This document shows positions 34,675 through 42,834 of a stretch of DNA of 42,834 bases, piece by piece. The notes beneath the pieces are model-generated. The model was given only the letters and a program-made list of their open reading frames with translations. It had not been told where the DNA came from and did not search any database. Source of the DNA: Nemertoderma westbladi. Taxonomy: Eukaryota; Animalia; Xenacoelomorpha. Each line of letters starts with the position of its first letter. Within the stretch, counting starts at the first letter, position 1. The translations under genes and the position numbers were made by a program. The DNA is taken from NCBI GenBank assembly GCA_032718475.1, contig JAUCBJ010003054.1, forward strand, positions 1 through 42,834, given 5' to 3'.

Positions 34675-35720
34675 ACTTTTTGACCATTTATTTGACCATG
34701 TTAATGGCTATTATAATGAGGTTTTTTGTTTTATAACATAAGTGTCATCTTCTGTGAGACGTTGGCTGTTTTTTTTAGGGTAGCGAAATGTTTTTTTATG
34801 TAGCTACTGTTTTTAAAATTTCAAAACCAAATTTTGGGTACTTTTTTGACCATGTTAATGGATATTATCATGATATTTTTTGTTCTAGAACGTAAATTTC
34901 ACCTTCTGAGAGAGGTTACCTTTTATTTTTTATTATGGTAGCTAGTGTTTTTAAAGGTAGCTAGTGATCTTAAAATTACAAGAGAAAATTTGTAGTGCCC
35001 CTTTTATTTAGACAATTTCCATATCATCAATATAATCTCGAAATGACTAATAAAAAGGTAAATAAATCTAGAAATTTTTTGGATGCTCTGGAAAAGATCA
35101 AGAAAATAACATTATTAAACACGATAAACTAGTCCTTTAAGCAACGGTACCGGTACCGGTAGTGTTTTGCTTGAGTATAATAAATAATAAATATAATAAA
35201 AATAATAAAAATAAAAATAAAAATAAAATAAAAATAAAAATAATAAAAACTATATAATTTACATTTCTGAATAGTAAACACTGTATTTTAACATCTGCCT
35301 ATATTTTGTATAAAAAACTAGCTAACGGTAGTGAATAATTACTAGCTAGGCCTACCTTGACTATCGAATAAAAATAACTAGCTACCATGAGAATCATAAA
35401 TTATGAGATGATCATAAATTATTCCAGGCAAATTTATAATTCAGAATTAAATTATATTTTAAATTTTTGTACTAGCTAATAAATAGTACAGTACTACCTA
35501 ACACAAAATCAAAAGCGCTAGCTACCATCTTACAGTCAAAAGGTCAAAATTTTGTTCTAGAACTACAGTAAAAACTCATAATGAAAAGCATTTTTAAAAG
35601 AAAAAGTTGGTCAAATTTTTTTTTCCATTATAATTTTTTTACGAGCTAATAAAAAGTACTAGCTAACACAAATTCAAAATTACTAGGTACCATCTTACTG
35701 GCAGAAGGTTAAATACTGTA
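34675..35720. repeat. Degenerate inverted-repeat (foldback/MITE-like) region rich in TAGCTAG motifs
   Basis: TTTGACCATG...TGTTCTAGAAC...ACCTT...ATGGTAGCTAG (~34845-34945) approximates the reverse complement of CTAGCTACCATC...AAGGTCAAAATTTTGTTCTAGAAC...GGTCAAA (~35518-35615). 35298-35500 also resembles 38603-38775 in direct orientation. Confidence 0.55.
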
Positions 35721-35924
35721 TGTTCCCCATACCGACCGAGTTTTTATGTGGGATTGTTATTCCCGCATGAACCAAATACACAAAATAAATTTTAATTTAC
35801 TAAGGTTTTCTTTCTTTCGTATATTTCTTAATAGCAATGCTTGTACAGTACTATAATACTATACTAACTGCTGATGTTGAATATTGATGTTCTATAATAC
35901 TTTTTTTGTTCTAGAGCATTTTTT

Positions 35925-36457
35925 TGTTCTAGAACATTTTATTTAAAAAAAAACATAAATTTTTAAACTAGCTATTTTTTTCTACTTTTTAATGTCCTAG
36001 AACATGTTAGCTATCAATTTAGGTTCTAGAACACTTTATTTATTCTAGAACATTTTATTTAAAAAACATAAATTTTTAAACTAGCTAGTTTTGCTATTTT
36101 TTAATGTCCTCGAACATGTTAGCTATCAATAAAGTTTCTAGAATACTTTATTTGTTCTAGAAAATTTTATTCAAAAAACATAAATTTTTAAACTAGCTAG
36201 TTTTGCTATTTTTTAATGTCCTAGAACATGTTAGCTATCAATAAAGTTTCTAGAATACTTTATTTGTTCTAGAAAATTTTATTCAAAAAACATAAATTTT
36301 TAAACTAGCTAGTTTTGCTATTTTTTAATGTCCTAGAACATGTTAGCTATCAATTTAGGTTCTAGAACACTTTATTTGTTCTAGAACATTTTATTTAAAA
36401 ATAATAAATTTTTTAAACTAGCTAGTTTTTGCTAATTTTTAATGTCGCATCGTACAA
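35925..36457. repeat. ~113-bp tandem repeat, ~5 copies, interrupted by the LINE and resuming at 38424-38520
   Basis: TTCTAGAA(C/A)ATTTTATT..AAAAACATAAATTTTTAAACTAGCTAG..AATGTCCTAGAACATGTTAGCTATCAAT at ~35927, 36043, 36156, 36267 and 36379. Confidence 0.9.
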
Positions 36458-38423
36458 ATAATAACAGCCCACAAGGAATCAGCTAAGAGGCATATCCCCC
36501 AGAAACCCAAACGAAAACAGTATGTGCCATGGCAAAACTCTGAGGTTACTTGTAAGAAAGAAGATCTTAAGATAGCCTACAAAGTTAAAACCTAACAACC
36601 AACAACCGAAAACTAAGGTTGAGAAAGCTAAGGACGATCTTAAATTGGCCTTCAACATCAGCCAGGAAAAGTACATACAGGATAAAATTGAAGCAATTAC
36701 AACTGCTCACATACAGCAACAATCCAGACTTACCTGGCAAACTGTAATTGAGGTATCTGGTCGGAAAAGTTGTGCAAAGGGGCGCCTCAAAGCCGATAGT
36801 CCTGGAGAACGTGTTGGGAAGTGGAAAAATCACTTCAGCAACTTGCTTGGGTAGCCACCAAACATCGAGGTCAGCCCTACAAGGAAAATATATGACAAGA
36901 CACTACCTATAGAAACAGGGGACTTCACACCTGCCGAACTCGAAAGAAGCATTAAAAGCATGTCCAATAATAAAGCGAGTGGATTAGATGAAATCCCAGC
37001 GGAGGTATGGAAACAGGAGTGCTAAACAGACCATTATTGAATGTTTGCAACTGGATGTTAAAAGGGGAAAAGCCACCACCAATTTGGACTAAAGGTCAAC
37101 TAAAGCCTCTCCCCAAGAAAGGAGACCTCGGTATACCAACAAACTATCGTGGGATCGGTCTGCTTGTGGTAGCTGCCAAAATATACAATAAAATGATTCT
37201 ATATAGGATTAGGCCTCACATAGAGAAACTACTGCGTAAGAGCCAAAACGGATTTCGACCAAACTAGATCAACAAAATAGCTCAGATACTTGCACTACGG
37301 AGACTGATTGAAGGAATTAAGTCAAAGAATCTCACTGCAGTCATGACTTTTGTGGACTTCAAGAAGGCATTCGACTCCATCCATAGAGGTAAAATGCTTG
37401 AAATCCTAAGAGCTTATGGAATACCAGAAGTAATTGTTGCTGGCATTGGATTGTGACACACAAGCGCAGGTACTCTCACCAGATGGTGAAACTGAGTTTT
37501 TCTCAATCCTAGCTGGCGTACTGCAAGGTGACATATTAGCACCATTACTATTTGTAATTGTGCTGGATTACGCAATGGGGACAGCCACAAAGGGTGAAGA
37601 TCTGGGATTCACACTTCAAGAACGCAGAAGTAGTAGATATCCGGCAACTACAGTCACAGACACCGACTTTGCGGATGACACCGCCCTGCTGTCTAATACG
37701 CTAGCAGATGCACAGCTTCTACTAAATAAAGTGGAGAGGGCTGCTAAGGAGGTTGGATTGCATATAAATGCTACCAAGACCGAATTCATGACCTTTAATG
37801 TTGATGGAAACTTGACAACCATTGATAATAATCAACTAAGGAAGGTCGACGACTTCCAGTATTTTGGATCATGGATAGAGAGTAGCAAAAAGGACATAGA
37901 AGTTAGGAAAGCAAAGGCTTGGGTAGCTCTATCAAAAATGGATACCATCTGGAAATCAGATCTCTCCAGGCACCTGAAGACTAAGTTCTTTCGAGGCACA
38001 GTGGAAAGTGTATTTTTATACAGGGGTGAGACCTGGACACTGACTAAATCACTTGAACAACGAATTGATGGTTGCTACACAAGACTACTAAGGGCAGTCC
38101 TAAACATCAGCTGGAGACAACACATGACAAACGCCGAGCTTTGTGGTACAATACAATCTGTATCAACCACCCTCCGTGAACGCAGATTAAGATTCAGTGG
38201 GCGCTACTGGCGAAGTAAAGACGAGGTCGTACCAGATCTACTTTTCTGGCAACCAACTAATGGAAAGCGTAGTCGTGGACGAACGGCCATAACATAAATA
38301 GATCAACTTGAAAGGGATACCGAACTTGGGAGAAACGAAATTGCGACAACTATGGAGAATCGGGAAGCCTGGAAGGATCTCATTTCCACTGTCCGGGTTC
38401 GCTCGACCTTGTAGTATTAGTAG
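36458..38423 (+). mobile_element. RTE-type LINE, 5'-truncated, RT disrupted, (TAG)n tail, 44-bp TSD
   Basis: PLPKKGDL..PTNYRGIGL, QNGFRP, FVDFKKAFDSIHR, GVLQGDILAPLLF, DFADDTALL, GLHINATKT, RERRLRFSG; several stops and frameshifts. Ends CTCGACCTTGTAGTATTAGTAG. TSD at 36414-36457 and 38424-38467. Confidence 0.92.
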
Positions 38424-39146
38424 TAAACTAGCTAGTTTTTGCTAATATTTAATGTCGTATCGTACAACATGTTAGCTATCAATTAAGGTTCTTGGACCGT
38501 TTGTTTGATCTAGAACATTTTTTCCGAAAAAAATTTAATAGTACATTGATTTGACAGTTATACAAGCCGTATTAAAAAAAATACTGTATTTTGGCAGCCA
38601 TATCTATATTTTGTATAAAAAAATCTAGCTAGTAAATAATTACTTGCTACGCAGATTATTTAATAAAAATGACTAGCTACCATGATTCATAAATTATTCC
38701 AAACAAATTTAATTGTGGATTAAATTATAATTTTAATAAAAAGTACTAGCTAACACAACATCAAAATTACTAGCACTGTAATATAGTACTTTAGCAATTT
38801 AGCGGGCATGATTGTAAAATCATTCCCGCAAAATTTATTAATAAACAATATACCGTTCATGTAGGAATAAGTAATACTGTGACTTTGGTCACAGTGTTAA
38901 TCATTCTTATATATCTTTCTAGGCTTTAAATTTTATTTATATACTGTAGTGTTTAATAATATAACCACTGAAGACGAACGGGAAGCGTGAAATACAGTAT
39001 ATGATAGATTAAAAAACATAATTCTGGAAGATTATATTTATCTTCTAAGTAGCTGGGCAACAATGTAATACCTAATACTAGTACGTGGATATTAATACGT
39101 AAACAAACTGTTTCAGATTGCTCTAGACTGCACGCAAACCAAATGT

Positions 39147-39250
39147 ATCCCTTTCCCGGGGAAATTCGACGAAAATAACACTTAATTTACCATAAAAAAT
39201 AAAACTGTAACCTATGCTGTTCACTTTCGTTTATTGTTTTGGTTAGAATA
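39147..39250 (+). repeat. Dispersed ~200-230 bp repeat, copy 4 (partial)
   Basis: ATCCCT...GGGGAAATTCGACGAAAATAACA...AAACTGTAACCT...TTCGTTTAT...GGTTAGAATA matches 20464-20568. Confidence 0.7.
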
Positions 39251-39992
39251 TCCAAGAGAACTTCTAGAACATTTATGCAGACGGGAGGTGGCCGTCGATA
39301 TGTCAGGCAGCCGGGTTGGCCTATCGCCCGTCACTGTTCTATGCTTTACAATAGCGATTTGATATTTCCCCGTATTGAATGCAGTACAATTCCTTATGAT
39401 AATAAATTTAATAATAAATAAAATATTTTAAAAATTATAAATAATAATAATCTTTATCTTAATAACAACCTTTTTGCCAACCAGTTTCCGTTACCATTGC
39501 AATGCAACATCCTAGGGCGAACTACTACTAACAGTAACAGTAGAACAGTAATAAGACACTAAGGCAATACTGATACTAAATTAGTATCAAATTGGTATAC
39601 CTGGCATTTCACCTGCCGGGACATTACGTATGGAAGCAGTATGGCCTATGAAACTTGACTGACTTTATTTGAGACTTGACTTTATAAGACTGTAAGACCT
39701 ACCGCAAAACGTTGGGGGTGGGAGGGGGGGGGGGGGGTCAACATGTTTAATGATAGAATTGCACTATTTTATACTATATTGTACTACAATACAAGCAAGA
39801 AATTGGATATATTTAAAACTTCTATTTGATAAAATCAAAAATTTTAGAAAAAAAAACGAAACAAAAACGAATTTAAATATATTAAACTAAACGATTTCAT
39901 AGATTGATATGAACGAAACGAATAGGCCTAATTGTTCGGATTGGAAAAACGGAAACGAAACTTAATTTGTGAAAACGAAACGAAATTGAAAT

Positions 39993-42834
39993 GTATTTAG
40001 TTTCGTTATGCCATCCCTGGGTAGGGAGGGTTCAGTATTTAGTTTCGTTATGCCATCCCTGGGTAGGGGGGTTCAGTATTTAGTTTCGTTATGCCATCCC
40101 TGGGTAGGGGTTCAGTATTTAGTTTCGTTATGCCATCCCTGGGTAGGGAGGGTTCAGTATTTAGTTTCGTTATGCCATCCCTGGGTAGGGGTTCAGTATT
40201 TAGTTTCGTTATGCCATCCCTGGGTAGGAGGTTCAGTATTTAGTTTCGTTATGCCATCCCTGGGTAGGGAGGGTTCAGTATTTAGTTTCGTTATGCCATC
40301 CCTGGGTAGGGAGTTCAGTATTTAGTTTCGTTATGCCATCCCTGGGTAGGGGGGTTCAGTATTTAGTTTCGTTATGCCATCCCTGTGTAGGAGTTCAGTA
40401 TTTAGTTTCGTTATGCCATCCCTGGGTAGGAGGTTCAGTATTTAGTTTCGTTATGCCATCCCTGGGTAGGGGTTCAGTATTTAGTTTCGTTATGCCATCC
40501 CTGGGTAGGGAGTTCAGTATTTAGTTTCGTTATGCCATCCCTGGGTAGGGGTTCAGTATTTAGTTTCGTTATGCCATCCCTGGGTAGGGGTTCAGTATTT
40601 AGTTTCGTTATGCCATCCCTGGGTAGGGGTTCAGTATTTAGTTTCGTTATGCCATCCCTGGGTAGGGGGGTTCAGTATTTAGTTTCGTTATGCCATCCCT
40701 GGGTAGGAGGTTCAGTATTTAGTTTCGTTATGCCATCCCTGGGTAGGGAGGGGTTCAGTATTTAGTTTCGTTATGCCATCCCTGGGTAGGGGTTCAGTAT
40801 TTAGTTTCGTTATGCCATCCCTGGGTAGGGGTTCAGTATTTAGTTTCGTTATGCCATCCCTGGGTAGGGGTTCAGTATTTAGTTTCGTTATGCCATCCCT
40901 GGGTAGGGGTTCAGTATTTAGTTTCGTTATGCCATCCCTGTGTAGGAGTTCAGTATTTAGTTTCGTTATTCCATCCCTGGGTAGGGGGGTTCAGTATTTA
41001 GTTTCGTTATGCCATCCCTGGGTAGGGGTTCAGTATTTAGTTTCGTTATGCCATCCCTGGGTAGGAGTTCAGTATTTAGTTTCGTTATGCCATCCCTGGG
41101 TAGGGAGGGGTTCAGTATTTAGTTTCGTTATGCCATCCCTGGGTAGGAGGTTCAGTATTTAGTTTCGTTATGCCATCCCTGGGTAGGGAGGGGTTCAGTA
41201 TTTAGTTTCGTTATGCCATCCCTGGGTAGGAGGGGTTCAGTATTTAGTTTCGTTATGCCATCCCTGGGTAGGAGGTTCAGTATTTAGTTTCGTTATGCCA
41301 TCCCTGGGTAGGGGTTCAGTATTTAGTTTCGTTATGCCATCCCTGGGTAGGGGTTCAGTATTTAGTTTCGTTATGCCATCCCTGGGTAGGAGGTTCAGTA
41401 TTTAGTTTCGTTATGCCATCCCTGTGTAGGAGTTCAGTATTTAGTTTCGTTATGCCATCCCTGGGTAGGGGGGTTCAGTATTTAGTTTCGTTATGCCATC
41501 CCTGTGTAGGAGTTCAGTATTTAGTTTCGTTATGCCATCCCTGGGTAGGGAGGGGTTCAGTATTTAGTTTCGTTATGCCATCCCTGGGTAGGGGTTCAGT
41601 ATTTAGTTTCGTTATGCCATCCCTGGGTAGGGGGTTCAGTATTTAGTTTCGTTATGCCATCCCTGGGTAGGGGGGTTCAGTATTTAGTTTCGTTATGCCA
41701 TCCCTGGGTAGGGAGGTTCAGTATTTAGTTTCGTTATGCCATCCCTGTGTAGGAGTTCAGTATTTAGTTTCGTTATGCCATCCCTGGGTAGGGGTTCAGT
41801 ATTTAGTTTCGTTATGCCATCCCTGGGTAGGGAGTTCAGTATTTAGTTTCGTTATGCCATCCCTGGGTAGGGGGGTTCAGTATTTAGTTTCGTTATGCCA
41901 TCCCTGGGTAGGAGGGGTTCAGTATTTAGTTTCGTTATGCCATCCCTGGGTAGGGAGGGGTTCAGTATTTAGTTTCGTTATGCCATCCCTGGGTAGGGGG
42001 GTTCAGTATTTAGTTTCGTTATGCCATCCCTGTGTATTTAGTTTCGTTATGCCATCCCTGGGTGAGGTTCAGTATTTAGTTTCGTTATGCCATCCCTGGG
42101 TAGGGGTTCAGTATTTAGTTTCGTTATGCCATCCCTGTGTAGGAGTTCAGTATTTAGTTTCGTTATGCCATCCCTGGGTAGGGGGGTTCAGTATTTAGTT
42201 TCGTTATGCCATCCCTGGGTAGGGGGGTTCAGTATTTAGTTTCGTTATGCCATCCCTGGGTAGGAGTTCAGTATTTAGTTTCGTTATGCCATCCCTGGGT
42301 AGGAGGGGTTCAGTATTTAGTTTCGTTATGCCATCCCTGGGTAGGGGGGTTCAGTATTTAGTTTCGTTATGCCATCCCTGGGTAGGGGTTCAGTATTTAG
42401 TTTCGTTATGCCATCCCTGTGTAGGAGTTCAGTATTTAGTTTCGTTATGCCATCCCTGGGTAGGGAGGGGTTCAGTATTTAGTTTCGTTATGCCATCCCT
42501 GGGTAGGGGTTCAGTATTTAGTTTCGTTATTCCATCCCTGGGTAGGGAGGGGTTCAGTATTTAGTTTCGTTATGCCATCCCTGGGTAGGAGGGGTTCAGT
42601 ATTTAGTTTCGTTATGCCATCCCTGGGTAGGGGGGTTCAGTATTTAGTTTCGTTATGCCATCACTGTGTATTTAGTTTCGTTATGCCATCCCTGGGTAGA
42701 GGTTCAGTATTTAGTTTCGTTATGCCATCCCTGGGTAGGGGGGTTCAGTATTTAGTTTCGTTATGCCATCCCTGTGTAGGAGTTCAGTATTTAGTTTCGT
42801 TATGCCATCCCTGGGTAGGGGGGTTCAGTATTTA
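39993..42834. repeat. 39-43-bp tandem satellite, ~70 copies, running to the window end
   Basis: Near-invariant core TTCAGTATTTAGTTTCGTTATGCCATCCCTG(G/T)GTA plus a variable purine linker (GGGG, GGAG, GGAGG, GGGAGGGG, GGGGGG). Confidence 0.98.

Noticed and set aside
38960-39005. Second hammerhead-like string CTGAAGACG...CGTGAAATACAGTA
   Set aside because: Stem II is only ~2 bp and no stem I pairing can be formed with the flanks.
39993-42834. CRISPR array or repetitive protein genes (ORFs 40008-42564)
   Set aside because: The linkers are only 4-8-nt G/A runs, not unique spacers, and there are no cas genes. The ORFs shift frame with linker length and are by-products of the satellite.

Overview
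AT-rich, repeat-dense eukaryotic DNA, most likely from an invertebrate animal; the organism cannot be named from the sequence. There are two host genes, both on the minus strand. One is an ABCC4/MRP4-like ABC transporter: the ORF track misses its first exon (29633-29457), which splices in phase 0 to a 3.6-kb exon (25858-22259). The other is an intronless, divergent class A GPCR-like gene (34445-32454) with a triplicated motif in its tail. The rest is layered mobile DNA: a Penelope-like RT relic, a 5.7-kb TIR element sitting in (TA)n, a tRNA-derived SINE, a decayed copia LTR retrotransposon, a GC-rich CRE-clade element, a piggyBac relic, RTE LINEs and a 39-43-bp G-rich satellite running off the window end. 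The copia element carries a nested RTE LINE, a solo LTR and a 6.1-kb 19-bp satellite between pol and its PPT/3' LTR. The CRE-clade element lies in the ABCC intron and is bracketed by ~210-bp direct repeats. The most notable finding is a type I hammerhead ribozyme motif (~10986-11078), absent from the ORF track, in a ~155-bp retrozyme/pLTR-like insert nested inside the LINE inside the copia element. All calls come from reading motifs by eye; no database searches were run.
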